Assembly: GCF_009914755.1 (NCBI RefSeq)
Contig: NC_060928.1
DNA from: the human T2T-CHM13v2.0 reference genome, Homo sapiens
Length of the DNA stretch: 64,000 nucleotides
Direction: 5' to 3' (one strand)
Every line of letters starts with the position of its first letter. Position 1 is the stretch's first letter. Below the pieces are notes generated by a model. It had not been told where the DNA came from, ran no database searches, and was given only the letters and a program-made list of their open reading frames with translations. The translations under genes were made by a program, and so were the position numbers. This document shows, in pieces, positions 42,030 to 56,749 of this stretch.

Positions 42030-43090
42030 TAAATTATTCCTTCCTTCCATCCTTCCTTGTCTCGTCAATAAATATTTTTGGGGAACTATTAAGTGACAAA
42101 AATTTTATCCATAATAGCTTAAAAATAAAAAATTCTGATTTCCTAAAGTTTGCAGCTAATGGAGTGAAAAAAAAACAAGATTAATAAGTAACATATAGTA
42201 CAGTTATTGTCTTTGGTAATTGCAATTATTTGGAGGAGAATAAAGCAAAAATGGGGGATGTATCGGCAAGCATACGTGGTATTCCGGGGAATTTAAAGCA
42301 AAAAAAGGTGTATAGATATAGTAATGGTACCATAGATGTTAGGTCCTAATCCTTGAAGTTTTAAATGTTATTTTATATGGAAATTGCTTTGCAAGTGTGA
42401 TTAAGCTAAGGATGTTGAGATGGGAAGGTTATCTGGGTTAGCAGAGTGAGTCCTAAATGCATTCATTAAGTATCCTTAAAAAAGCAAAGCAGTAGAAAAT
42501 TTGACACGTACAAAAAAGGCAAAGTGAAGATAGAGAATAGAGACTTTTGAAGATGTTGGCTTTGAAGATTAGAGTGAGCCTACTGCAAGTTAAGGAATGC
42601 CAGTAGCCGCCTGAAGGTGAAAGAAGCAAGGAACAGATTTTCCTCTAGAGCTTCTGGCAGGAGTATGACCCTGCCAAAAACCTTGTTTTGGCCTAGTTAA
42701 ACTAATTTGGACTTCTGGCCTCTAGAACTGTGAGAGAATACAATTCTGTTGTTTTAAACTGCCTCATGTGTGGTGATTTGTTAGAGCAGCCACAGGAAAC
42801 TAAAACTCATGGTATCCAGGCGATGACTCTGAGAAGGTGATATTTGTACAAAGTTCTGATGACATATGGGGTTAAAGCCTAGAGGGGTCAAAGATTGAAC
42901 TTGGAAAAAGATTGTACAAGGTTTCTTAAAATATTTTTATTTTTACTCTTTAATTTGAAATTGAGTTACAGGGAAGTGACATATAAGATGAGTCTTGAAG
43001 AAAAGAGTTAAAAATATTTTAAGAAGAGGGAATAATATATGTAAAGGCTTGAAAGCATGAAAAATTTAAGAATACTCTAGGATATTAAAA
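42030..43090 (-). mobile_element. L2 fragments flanking an MLT1 LTR
   Basis: TCAATAAATATTTTTGGGAACTATT..; CTCTGAGAAGGTGATATTTG; GAATAATATATGTAAAGGCTTGAAAGC. Confidence 0.5.
42315..42807 (+). mobile_element. MLT1C/D solo LTR
   Basis: GTCCTAATCC..AAGGATGTTGAGATGGGA..TTCCTCTAGAGCTTC..GGACTTCTGGCCTCTAGAACTGTGAGAGAATA..GCAGCCACAGGAAACTAA. Confidence 0.85.
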
Positions 43091-43468
43091 GATTTAATAC
43101 CTTTCTGCATGCACCTATCAATTAGAAAGAGTTAAGAGCAAAATACGTCCTTTGGTGTATGATAATGTTAAGCCATAAAACATGTATACTGCAGTTCCTT
43201 TTTCAATTTGGAAGTCTACTGCTTACATGGAAGAAAAGTGATCTATAACCTGTACTCAAATGATTAAGTGGTGTTCTTAAAAAGGTAAAGGCTCTTCTTG
43301 GCAGGAAAACTAGAAGTTATTTCATCTGATTAGGAGTCACACTGAAGCTGACATCTTACCACATGTTCAAGTGCACTATGATTCATTTCCATAGGGTAAG
43401 TGAAAAAAATTCAGCAAGTTAAGAACTTCTACATTTAAGGTACATAACAGTTCAATAGAAAGCTATGC

Positions 43469-43508
<40 letters not shown>
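43469..43508 (+). repeat. (ATCT)10 STR, probably forensic marker D4S2408
   Basis: Ten perfect ATCT units; flanks AAGGTACATAACAGTTCAATAGAAAG and TGGTTACTATTTTTCAGTCATTTCA match the D4S2408 miniSTR primers as I recall them. Confidence 0.85.
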
Positions 43509-43509
<1 letters not shown>

Positions 43510-43619
43510 ATGGTTACTATTTTTCAGTCATTTCAGTGGATGAATTGAAGTTGAAGTTTATTGTTAATTTAGTTATTCTAGTATATGTATATCAAATTCC
43601 ATATGTACAATATTCATAC

Positions 43620-43751
43620 AAACAATAATAAAAATATTTACAGTGTCTTAATATATGCCAAGCACTCTTCTAAGATTATCATATATATAATCTGATTTTA
43701 TCCCCATGGCAATACAGTCAATATGACCTCCATTTAAAAGATGAGAAAACA
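43620..43751 (-). mobile_element. MIR fragment interrupted by Alu
   Basis: ATATGCCAAGCACTCTTCTAAG..CTCCATTTAAAAGATGAGAAAAC. Confidence 0.6.
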
Positions 43752-44084
<333 letters not shown>

Positions 44085-44394
44085 TCAAATGGAAGCAGAA
44101 TACTTAACATATTTATAAAAAATATGTGAAAAGTCTTAATTATCAATTTATAGCAATATAAGTATAGTACAAGAGTGCAGAGCTAGTTCTTATGAAGCAA
44201 TATTAGAATGTCAGACATGTCAGGAAGCACAGATACAGGCCAAGGAGATGGAATCATACTGGATATAAAAGTCATAGATGCCAAGAGCTAAATGGAGTGG
44301 CTGTTAACTTCAGAGCTATAAGTACAAGGTCATATCAGATACTGACAGAGGCAAATAAGCTACCAAGACGATAATACTCAGTTATAATGTGTAG

Positions 44395-44736
<342 letters not shown>

Positions 44737-46029
44737 CAAGGTCTTCTTTTAATTGATGGCAAAGACATCTGAGTCTCTAGATATTTTTCCTAGAGTGAGC
44801 ACTGTGGGTAAGGAAGTTCAAGACATAGATGGAATAAATGTTGATCCAATAAGGACAAATCTCTCTCTCCTCCAGTGCATAAAGTGTTTGATATAATCTA
44901 GCTGTCACCGAGTGAATGGTTGTTTCTCTCCAAGAAATGGTCATAATTAGATGGCTTCTTTTGATCTCTGTTGCTGGAAAAATGAAATGAACAGGAGCGA
45001 AAAAAAATGAGCCCTTGCTTTTGGATTTATTTCATAAATATCAATGAATAAACTCGTTTTATGAATCTGTTGGGCTAGCGGTGAGGTGATTCTACCTCAG
45101 GTTATTTCTACCCCTGTACACATAAGATAGTCAAGTACACAGCTGGATATATTGCCCATTGCATTTCACATTAGCACTGCTCTGTAAGGTCACCGATAAA
45201 TGGGGCTGCACTACAGCCTCTGCCCATTTTTGGCTAACAACAACTTTTAGCCAAATGTAGCTTACCTGTGAATCAGACTCGAGTTCTTTCTTCCACTTTT
45301 TGGCTGAAAGGAATCCCTACCTCATACCTTTATTAATTGCAAGCATAAGTACTAGTTGTAAATATAAGCTGAAGAAGATTAATCTGTGTAATAAAGACAG
45401 TCAACAAGATGTCTTTTTTACCTTGTCAGGTACTTTTGCCTTCTAGACCTATCTGAACCAATCTCAAACATGTAATTTTATTGCACTATAGATTGCCATT
45501 TTGCCCACTTAACCATATGGTTTTGTTGATTTCAAAATCCCCAGCTCATGATGGCACTTTCACTCTCACAGTCACTTGATGTTCCAAGGCCATCCTCTTT
45601 TACGGTTCTGACACTATTAAAGAAAGACCCTGGTTTGGGTTTTCATTACAATCAGCAGCTGCAGGTGATGCGCATCTCCTTAAAATCTGCTCAATCTGCA
45701 AAGGGGCCCTTTCACAGTTTGCCTAAATTGGCTGTGAGATGTCCTTCACTTATCGTTTTCCTCTTACAAGGTTTCTTTTGCAGCTAAAGTAAGCCAGCCC
45801 ACTTCAAATTCCATATAATTATCCCTGCCCCATGTCTTCCTAGAGCTAGAGCTGCCACACAGCCTAACACCTCACTATTTACTTGAATTTCATCCAAATT
45901 AAGCACAGGTGAAAACTTTAGTCATTGTGATGCCACCATATGCCAGGTGTTATCATCTCCCCACTAATAACGGCACCCTAGTATCCATTAAAACAGGGAT
46001 AATCCACCCCAATATCACCTCCTGAGGGT

Positions 46030-46530
46030 CTATTTTTAATTCATTTCCCAGAAAATAAAGCTAGAGGCAGGAGGCTTATAAGCTGTTTCTTTATTAGGAA
46101 GTGTAATTTTGCAGAGCAAAAGTGAACAAGTGGAGTAAAGCCTAAAAACAGGGAAAGCCAATACAGTAATGAACTTGTAAGTTGGTGACTGTTACGTGAG
46201 AAAGATTGCTCTTCTCAAGGGGAATGTTTCCCCATAAGTCTTATAACCAATATCTTAAAACTGCTCATTGGATGTGGGTCATGGGAAAAAAGGGGGCACA
46301 TTTATCCACCAGCTCAGAGTTGTGCCCAAAGGGGATTAACGTTCTAGTATTTTGGATTAACACGTTTGGGTGCTGAGGAGTATTCCATAGCAGTGTCAAC
46401 AGAGCAGCCTCAGGGTGGGAACCCTGTGCACGGTATAGGCATCAGTCAAGGTTTTACCAGGCTGTGCTTGGAAGCATTTGGTCATAACCTACACAGAACT
46501 GGTTACTGCAGAGTCAGGTGAAACACGAGT
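46030..46530 (-). mobile_element. Old ERVL LTR (LTR16/LTR40-like)
   Basis: TTCCCAGAAAATAAAGCTAGAGGCAGG..TTTATTAGGAAGTG..GGGAAAGCCAATACA. Confidence 0.5.
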
Positions 46531-46589
46531 ATCTGAGATTGTAATATGTTTTATACAAGCACGTAAAGTAGTGTTATAAAATCCATGGG

Positions 46590-47435
46590 AGTTTTTTGTG
46601 TTCTGCTTCAAATCTACTTCTCCTCTGGTGTTCTCTGAGTGAATGGTACACTTCTTTTTTTTTTTTTTTTTTTTTTTAATCTATTTGCGTTAGGAAAAAA
46701 AAAAAAAGCTAGATACATTCAATGAAAAAGCCATCTCTCGAGAATTCAATCTGTTCCCAGTGCTAGATATTCTGACTGCTATTTATTGCTCAAAGCTGTC
46801 CACTTAACCCCTCTTCATCATCCTCTTCATAACGCCCATCATCCTGATCACCTGTGAGCTAGATTACTGTGATCATCTTCAGTCTTGTTCTATTTCATTT
46901 TACATTATCCAAGGGACAAGTGAATCTGATTTTAGCACTCTTTGTTTCAAATCTTCAATTATTCCCATATCTAAAGAAAAGAAGAGTCTCCTGAACTTGA
47001 TATGTTTCCTGTTGACTATAGTCTTACCTCATTTTCCTATCTCTTTCTTGCAAGTCAAACCAAATACCTTTTTGTTCCTTAGGAAAGGGCATTTTCTCTT
47101 TCTCCACATATGCTCATTCCACATTGTTTTCTAATTTATTTGCCTGTTTATTCCATCTTGTCTTTCTAGTTTTAATTTCATTGTCATTTCCTTGAGAAAA
47201 ACTTCAGTCTTCACTCAGGTGGGTTAATCTCAGATATACTCAATAATGTATAATAACCTTTTCATCCTCTCTTATTACCCTTTTCAATAATCTTGTAACC
47301 ACTTGTTTTACGCTTCCCTTCTAGACTGGACTGCGAGCCCCTTGAAGACAGGAACCCTGTCTTGTTTATGATTTTATCTCAATCACCAAGCACAATGCCC
47401 AGATTTCAGTGTTTCATGAATATTTGTTAAGTGAA
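46590..47435 (+). mobile_element. L2 3' region
   Basis: CTAGACTGGACTGCGAGCCCCTTGAAGACAGGAACCCTGTCTTG..AGCACAATGCC..AATATTTGTTAAGTGAA terminus. Confidence 0.75.
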
Positions 47436-48019
47436 AAAATACTTAGAGTATGTTAAGGGTTTCAAATAGGGGTGTTGTAACACAAAGTATGAGAGCCTCC
47501 TTGTGTGAAGGGGAGCTATGGTGAAGATGAAGGAGGACAGAGTCAGCCATGATAGGAGGAGCTGTAATGAAGCCAAATTCCTGTGACTAAGGAATCATGT
47601 AAAAATTGAGCCCTGGTGCTTATTTAATGCAAAAGAGTAAAAATAAAATAGATTCCTCATGTTGTATTTTCTCCCCTCCACCAAAATAGAGTGGTGCATG
47701 AGCTGTGGGTAGCAACTTGAACTCGTGAGTGTTCCCAGAGAAGGATGAAAAAGCAAGTGAAAGGACTTGTAAATTACTCTGGGAAGATGAGTTGGAGCTG
47801 CTGGAGTCTTTTGTTGCTAATAAAAATGTGCCAGTGAAAGCTCCTGAGACCTGTGTGTTGCCCCACTGACAATCAAACCACTCTGCTTAACTTGCCTTGC
47901 CAGAGAAGTGAATGCTGTTTGTGGTAGGTTTATTGGAGAAACAAACCGTTTGAACTCTGTCCAATGTTTCCATGGCTAAGAACTTTAGTCACCAAACCTC
48001 TTTGCAAAGAGTGCAGGCC

Positions 48020-48336
48020 AGCCGGGCACAGTGGCTCAAGCCTGTAATCCCAGCAATTTGGGAGGCCGAGGTGGGTGGATCACCTGAGGTCAGGAGTTCG
48101 AGACCAGCCTGACCAACATGGAGAAACCCCATCTCTACTAAAAATACAAAATTAGCCAGGCGTGGTAGCACATGCCTGTAATCCCCATCTACTCGGGAGG
48201 TTGAGGCAGGAGAATCACTTGAACCCAAAAGGTGGAGGTTGTGGTGAGCCAAGATCACGCCATTGCACTCTAGCCTGGGCAACAAGAGCAAAACTCTGTC
48301 TAAACAAACAAACAAACAAAAACACAACAACAGAAA
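48020..48336 (+). mobile_element. AluSp/Sq with (AAAC)n tail
   Basis: CCTGACCAACATGGAGAAACC; TSD AAAGAGTGCAGGC at 48006 and 48337. Confidence 0.95.
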
Positions 48337-48799
48337 AAAGAGTGCAGGCAATAGGACCTTCCAGCTAGACCTGTGCCGTTCTTACTGTGTTAGCTAGTGC
48401 TCTTCAGGCACTTCAGCATAACTGTCCTTTTCAAATGGGGTATTTCCTTATTTCGTGAACGTATCTTATGGCTCACATGGCAGATCCCTGATGACACAGG
48501 GATTTTAAAACATAAATTTCCCAGTGTTTATTAAAGAGATATGTTACCTTGAATGTCTAAATAGAAAGATGATAGTGATTGGCTGAGCTTTGACATGAAA
48601 TATTGCAGGGTAAAATGGGGCAGTTTTTCTTCTGTGTTTTAAATTGACTGTGACAAATAGCCTAGTTTCTCCTTTTTAAAGTGTTCTAGAATCCACCCCT
48701 TTATTCTTTTATTCCACCCAAATCCCTACAAGTTTGATTAGTTATAAGTTCTCTTTCCTATTGTTTGGCAGCTTCCACCTCTCACACTATTGCACCATA

Positions 48800-48925
48800 T
48801 TCTTCCTTCCTAGATTCTAAGTTCCTTCAGGCTTAGACCTATATCATATTCACCATTACATTTCCCATACCCAATGTGGAGTCCATTAGGGACATATATG
48901 TACTTAGCAAATATTGATTGATTGA
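48800..48925 (+). mobile_element. L2 3' tip
   Basis: CTAGATTCTAAGTTCCTTCAGG..TACTTAGCAAATATTGATTGATTGA. Confidence 0.55.
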
Positions 48926-49555
<630 letters not shown>

Positions 49556-52234
49556 TTGAGAAAATCAATGAATAAGTCTCACATGTACAGAACCCTGATC
49601 ACTTTTGCAAATGCATTCAATGTCAATTATGGAATTGTGTTTTCCCGCACCTGTAAAAGAAGTTGTTTTCTGCAGGTCTCCTCCCAGTATCTCCTGTTTA
49701 CCTAGTACAAAGTTTCATCCCTCTGCCTTTATGCCTTTGATCCTTGGGAACTCTGTCCAAATGTACATTTCATTATGAGATACAATACTTCAAACTGCTG
49801 CTTTTCAAAAATTTTAGTGGCAGAATCCTTTTGCTGTTCTGGCTGAAGTTAAGAGTGCCCCTTGCTCAAAGACTTAAGCTTACCATGTCCTGCTTGCTCA
49901 CACTATATTTTTAACAAATCATCCCTCCTTCTAATATATATACACTAGTGACCATGAATTACACTTTAAAAAAAGCATCACACTAAGGAAGAGAGAGGGG
50001 ATTCCAAGTCAAGAAGTGGAGCAAACAGAAAGAACATCTTAAACTGGGGTTTATGCTGCTCCTGCTCCTCTTTCCAAGACTCTCCTCTGTCAGGCACAGC
50101 TTTCTCAAAGATGAGCAAACTTTTAAGTTTCAGAGGAACTCAGTAAGCTTGTTTCTGTCTTCCTTTGGAAGTATCAAAAACATCCCTGGATTTATACCCA
50201 TAGAATGTTCCAAAAGTTTATCAGGTAACTTAGGTGTTTCAAATTCAAAGTGCATTTTGCCAGAAAGAGTAGTTTGTCTGTCTTGGTTATGTTTTTAAAC
50301 CAGCACACAGAAACCTATTTATCCTCCAAAATGCCAGAAGTGTAGCACTGTTCACAGAGAGCGGTAGAACTTCAGCACAAGGAAAACAACTTATGCACTT
50401 CAAAGGAGTTGAGATATCTTCCCATTTCTCCTTCCACTCACCTCACTCACAGGCAGGGAAAATAATACTGGGTGTCAAGAATCTTGTTCCATGGGGCAAG
50501 GAGCATAAAGAGGGTAGGACTAGGGCAATGAAAGACTTGAGTGAAAATACTGAACAATGAGGAATCTACTCCAGTACAGTTCGGAGCTTTGGGTGGTAGA
50601 CAAGGAGTGGGGAGGACTGCAAACACTTATCCTAAATCTTTCCAACTCTGGCAAGGTCAGGTGAGAGCTATTGTTATTATCTTCTTACTGAAGACTTCAA
50701 GAATGGCTTACTTCAGTTCTCGGTCATCTTTTGAAGTGGCTTAAGACTAGATTTGCCTCAACGGTGAATATATATATAGTGCTCTCTCTCTCTCTCTCCC
50801 CATCTCTTTCTCTTTTATTTTAGGTTATCCTAGATATATTTTTCATATGATGTAGAGTAGAATTCTGGAGTAAAGAGTTGGGGCTTAATAATGATTTGTT
50901 GAATACCTATAAAGATAAATATTCAACATAAATTTCATGTGCTGAGGAGTTAAGATAGTGTCTTTGGAAGGCATGAGACCTCTGGTGTTGCTGAGGTACA
51001 CAGTGAAAAATTAATGGAGATGCCATCTACCTCCTTGTCTTACATTTTCTTGCTCTGACAGTCAGCTCAGACCCATCATCATGAGCTCCTTTTATAAGTC
51101 CCCTGGAAAGGTAAGACAGACACTCCAGGAGAGAATGGGCATTGGAAGAGAAGAGACAGATCACTCCAGGCATTGTCTTGCAGAAAGAGTAAGAAGAAAT
51201 AAGGGAAAGAAAGCTGCTGGGAAAGGAAAACAGGTTTTCCAGGAGCCACTGGTCATTCTTGGTTGATGATTTGTGTGTAATGGAGAGTTAAGCCACCTAA
51301 GTGAAGGACTGCCTGAATACATCCTACAGGCAGCAATGGCCTACTTCATTAAACGCAGCACAATGTTCTTGGACTAGTGTGTCAAAATAGAAAAGTAATT
51401 GCTAGTCTTATTATCTTAAGCTGCATATGGTATGATGTGAAAGTCAGTATGTAAAAGAAATGTTTCCTTAAAGGGGTGAACATAATTTCCTGGAAAATTA
51501 ACATAAGTCAAATGAATAAATTAGCAGTCAGAGTAGAAACAAATATTCTTCATTTTTTTAAACAAAACATTTGCTAAGAAGAACAAAATAATTCATATTT
51601 ATTTTCATGAACTGGGTTTATATGTATTAAGATAAGCTTCTTATTTCACTCTGAATCTTTCCCCTAAACAAAAACTGTACAATGAATGTATAAAAACTTG
51701 AGAGGTCAATCTATCTAAAAATAATTCAGAATTATCTCTAATTTTCTCAATTAAAAGAATATTTGTTGCACATAAAATACATTTGTTATGGTTAGACTTT
51801 GTTGAAAGTCATGTACTTAAAAAAAAAAGAAAAAATCAGAATAGACTCTATGTTTAGAACCCAGTTTAAATGATAAATGTTCCTGTAACCTTGATGCTTC
51901 AGTAACAAGCCCTACTTGTTTTATAAACAATTATTTGGCATTATGAAAAAATACATCTCTTCCCTCAACTACGATATTACACAAGAAAGTAACTATTATG
52001 TAGAAAAAATCCTTTTCACAAATATTCAGTTCTGATTCTCATGACTTTTATGCTTTGGAATTGTAATGGCTTTGTTATATTATTAACAAGGTAAAACAAT
52101 CTCCTTAGACTTTCGACATTCTGATTGATAGAACTGGTAGGTGTACCGCTAGTTATTGGTTGCTAAATATACAGAGTGTTTTTACGACATACACGAGAAG
52201 AAGCTTGGCAGTTTATACATCAAAAAATTTCCCC

Positions 52235-52350
52235 TCCTTCAATAAGGTTACAGTAAAAGATGCAAGAAGAAACATATGATATAGTTGACTATTCCTTCAA
52301 TAAGGCTAAAATAAAAGATGCAAGGAGAAACATATGATATAGTTTACTAT
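52235..52350. repeat. 58-bp tandem duplication (2 copies, 5 mismatches)
   Basis: TCCTTCAATAAGG..TAAAAGATGCAAG.AGAAACATATGATATAGTT.ACTAT at 52235 and 52293. Confidence 0.92.
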
Positions 52351-53876
52351 TATAGGCTTTAAGCAGTGCCTTGAAAATAACTCTAATTAAAGTTGCCGTT
52401 GCTCTGACCTGATTAGACAGAGAACAATAGTACTGTTACTCTTTGTCTACCTTAGGATAGTAAGTAGTTGATGATTTATAATATCTTTTGACAGCCACGT
52501 TAATTATAACTTAGCTGAATGTTTTCCTTTAGAGTAGAATTTTTTAAAACAAAAGAAGAGGAAATTGTAGTGAAAGCTGTCAGAATATTTCTGAGTATTG
52601 CTAATGACTGTATCCAATAGCTAAGAAATGGTAACTTTTCTTGAGATTTTTCTCTTATTTTTTACATTGCACTCAACATATTTTCCAAAGCCCTACAGGA
52701 ATATTTGCATAAGAACCTCTGAATTACCTAAGTAGGTCAAAGCAATGGTCAGTCTTTCCAAAAGTGACATTTCAAGTTTATTCATTGCTTCTTGATTTGG
52801 CAAAGTGAAAACAAATGCCATCCCTCTATAAGTTAATGAGTTTAGAACTCTTCCATTCTGACATTTTCATGAAATCACTGCACAGGACTTAGTGTAATTT
52901 GTAGGCTGAACCTTCAGCAGCTTAATGAGTGGGGAGTGCACCGAATGATTTCCATTATATTATCAAACTATATCATGACTTTGTAATGCTGTTTGAAAAA
53001 TTTTGAGAATTACCTCCCTTGCCCCCAATGCTAACACTCATATTAAGCATCATAAGTCAGGTCTAAAGTTAGTATTTTTCAGAATATATGAATTTTTAAA
53101 GCTACTGAGTATACTCCTGGCAAATTACATATATCACTACCTTGATCATAATTTTTCCTTCTGATCCATATTTTCTAACTGGAGACGATTTAGATAAAAC
53201 TGTTAAAGCATCAATGTGTTTGAGCTTTGAGTCAAGTCTAAGCCTTCCAGCCAAAATGATAGTTGGTACTCTGTTCAATTATGAAAGTTTCATCTATTGC
53301 TATAGAGGGTTTAAATAAGCTTCTATAGTTTTTCCTCTTTAATTATTTTTTTCATTAATTATGACAATAAAGAGCAGGTTGGAATGTATATTATTTTGTC
53401 TGATTCTCCATGGATCTGGCCTGACCAGGTACCAGTTGATTGAATCAAGATGCATATCAATGAATATTTACTCACTAACTGTGTATATGTTTTGTGTATG
53501 TTCCAAGCTTGTAATTTGGAGAATAAAGAAATTTTCCCCTGCTCCTATGAATTATATTAAAGAGAAAAATTTATATGAATTTACTTAGAAAATTCTAAAT
53601 TCCTACACTAATGTGATATTTTAACACTGACATTGTATAATCAAATAATATTTAAGAGAATGACAATAGACTTAAAACCAAATGTAGTTTATGAAGTGTT
53701 GTAAAGATAATATTAGACTTGAAATCAAAATATTATATGGCAAAGTTGCTTAAATATTTTGAAACTCTTATTACTTACCTATGAGATTATACTTTTGCTA
53801 TATCTAACCTACAATTCAGTGAGACTAAAGTTCAATAACATTACTTGAATAATTGCTGTTTTAATTGTAACACTCT

Positions 53877-54422
53877 TGTAATAGGTAGAATTTTAATACG
53901 TTCCCCCAAATTTTCCACTCCTGATGTACTGTTCTGAATAATCCTTACGACTGTGAATATGATGGATTTTCTTCCTGGGATTAGATTATGTTGCATGGCA
54001 CAGCTACCTTTAAGAAAGGGATATTATCCAGGTAGGCCCAACCTAATCATATAAGCCCTTTGAAAGCAAGTTTTTCACCAGCTAATAATATAACCGAATT
54101 GAGAGAGCTGAAATACATGAAGGATACAGTGCTCTGTTGATGGCTTGAGGATGGAGGAGTCCACACAACCAGAAAACAGGGACCTCAACAAGCTCATTTT
54201 TCTTGTTGCTAGAATTCAGTTCTAATGAGTTTGGAAAAAAAAAATTTCCAAAGCCTCAAGATGAGAACCCAGTCTGGTCAACATTTTCATTTAAATCTTC
54301 TGAAAACATGAGGAAAGAACCCAGTCATGTTATACCAGACTCTGCCTTATAGAACTGGCATAAAAATGGGTATTGTTTTAAGAGTTTATGGTAGCTTGTC
54401 ATATATCAATAGAAAACTTATA
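53877..54422 (+). mobile_element. MLT1E-like solo LTR
   Basis: GACTGTGAATATGATGGA..TTAAGAAAGGGATATTATCCAGGTAGGCC..CAATAGAAAACTTATA. Confidence 0.8.
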
Positions 54423-55019
54423 AGCCCTATAAAAATAAAAGCAGAGGATATCACTGCTATCAATATTGTAATATTGTGCATTTGTAGTACAAGTAAGTGT
54501 TAATTATAAATAGGAAAAATATGAGAAGTTTTCATGGGGAAATGAATGAGTCATTTACCTTTAGGGATGATTTACATCTCTTTATCCAACTAGCTAGCTC
54601 AGTTTAATATATGCAAAAATAAATTCCCAGTGGAGCGAATATTGTGACCATCTTGAAGGGTCAACAAGATGGAGGAAAATTTGAGTAACAGAAAAGGAAA
54701 TCAAGGTTGGGCTATAGCAGTGAATAACGCTGATAAAAAGAATTTCTGGCTAAATTTTGGGGAAAATATATTGATAAGTCTAAATGCTCATTTTAAAACA
54801 TTCGTACATTAGCAGGTAGAAAACTAGAGAGATGGGAACAAAGGAGGAAAATATTGTAGTAGTAGAATCAACATCAGTTTAGCAATTAATTAGACTGAGC
54901 AATTGGGAAGGAAGTGCAGACTGAAAATGCATTTTACATTTGCTCCCACTCTTGGTCCTTGTATATCTGGGATATTATTATGGTCATCACAGAAATAGGA
55001 ATGTCAGGTGGAATAGACC

Positions 55020-55437
55020 AATATAGTCAGAGAAGGCTAACTGCTATAAAAAAAATCACAAAAATCTCAGTGGTTAATGCTAATGCAATTTATTTCTCAC
55101 TCATATAACAAAGCAATGCTGGCATTTTGTAGGTGGCCCTGTGTGCTAGGAGACAAGGATCCAGATTCTTTCCATTTTACAGGTACTTCATCTTCCAGGG
55201 TCTTAGAGACATCTGCTGAATTCCCTGCATCTCGCTCACAGAGCAAGACAGAGAGGGAGTTCAGGAGTGGGTGGAAGTTTTTTAATGGGCTAAATCTGGA
55301 AGCGATTCTTTTAATATATGTCTCATTGGGCAGGATTCAGGAACACCTGACTGCAAATGAGGTTAGAAAATGCAATTCTACAATTTTCCAGGAAGAAAAA
55401 GAAACAAGTTTTGAAAATTAATAGCAGATTCCATTAA
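55020..55437 (-). mobile_element. MLT1K/L-like LTR
   Basis: GCTAACTGCTATAA..AAATCTCAGTGGTT..TTTATTTCTCACTCAT..CCTGACTGCAAATGAGGTTAGAAAATG. Confidence 0.65.
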
Positions 55438-56061
55438 AAGAAGAGTTCAAGAAATAAGAGTTTTATTCTGAACATGCTGATAGTGAGTGGCCTGTCGTAG
55501 TATAACTAAAAGCAGCGAGAAATTGAAAATATGGTCCTGGAAGTATGAAGGTATAAATCATAAAAAATAGTAGAACAGTAGATTCTTCTTTGTCATTGTT
55601 CATTTCACAAAGTAATAATGAGCATTTTAAATTTTGTCTGATTTTAAATAGTATAAAAATATGAAATAATTAGTTGAAAATCTAACAATTTCTGAAAAGG
55701 TCAGAAATATGCATTTTCCTTCAGATGCTCTTACATTTAAGAAGAGTTTCAGCTTCACCGAATATTAAATTTAAAGGTAAAGATATTAAAACCAATTTTT
55801 CACATGGTTATTTCATGTTTCATTTTCTCACAGAATAAACAATACAGTGAATTTTGGGTTTGATCTATCTTGTGTAATAATATTTTGTTGCAGTTGACTT
55901 TTGTGTGACGCTGATTATAGTTACAACTTATCCAGATATATCATCACCAATTCAAGTAATTTTGGTAAGGTAATAGACTTGAAGAAAAATTCCCAATATC
56001 CTGAACTTCCTTGCTGAATATTCTTTTTTCCTTTTAAGTGAAACATGGATTCTCCCTGTAG

Positions 56062-56356
<295 letters not shown>

Positions 56357-56449
56357 CCTCTACCACCTTCTATAGTTCCTTTAAGGCCATTACCCCACCT
56401 TCCTCTGTATTCATGCCATCAGGCTATACTCACAATGATATTGTTTGTA

Positions 56450-56745
56450 ATCATCCACATGTCACAATTTCCATGTAACCTTTCATCACCTTCTCAATTC
56501 CTTGAAAATGTTGTTGCCTGGTCAACTGATGCTTCCTCTAACGCTATTTCTGTGAAAATGTTTGGTGATGTTTACTGTTTCTGAAGGTAATTCTTTCATT
56601 ATTATGGCATCTCAGTTCTTTGGCTGCCTCTACTCTACTGATCCACAGGCTACCTTAGCCATACACTCCCATGATCTTATCCCAGACCTTGCCATTAACA
56701 GTAATTTCCTCAGCCAAAACTTTAATTTCAAGAGTCATTCTTTAA
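56450..56745 (+). mobile_element. L2 internal (endonuclease-region) remnant
   Basis: GGCATCTCAGTTCTTTG..CACTCCCATGATCTTATCCCAGACCTTGCCATTA. Confidence 0.45.
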
Positions 56746-56749
56746 CCCC

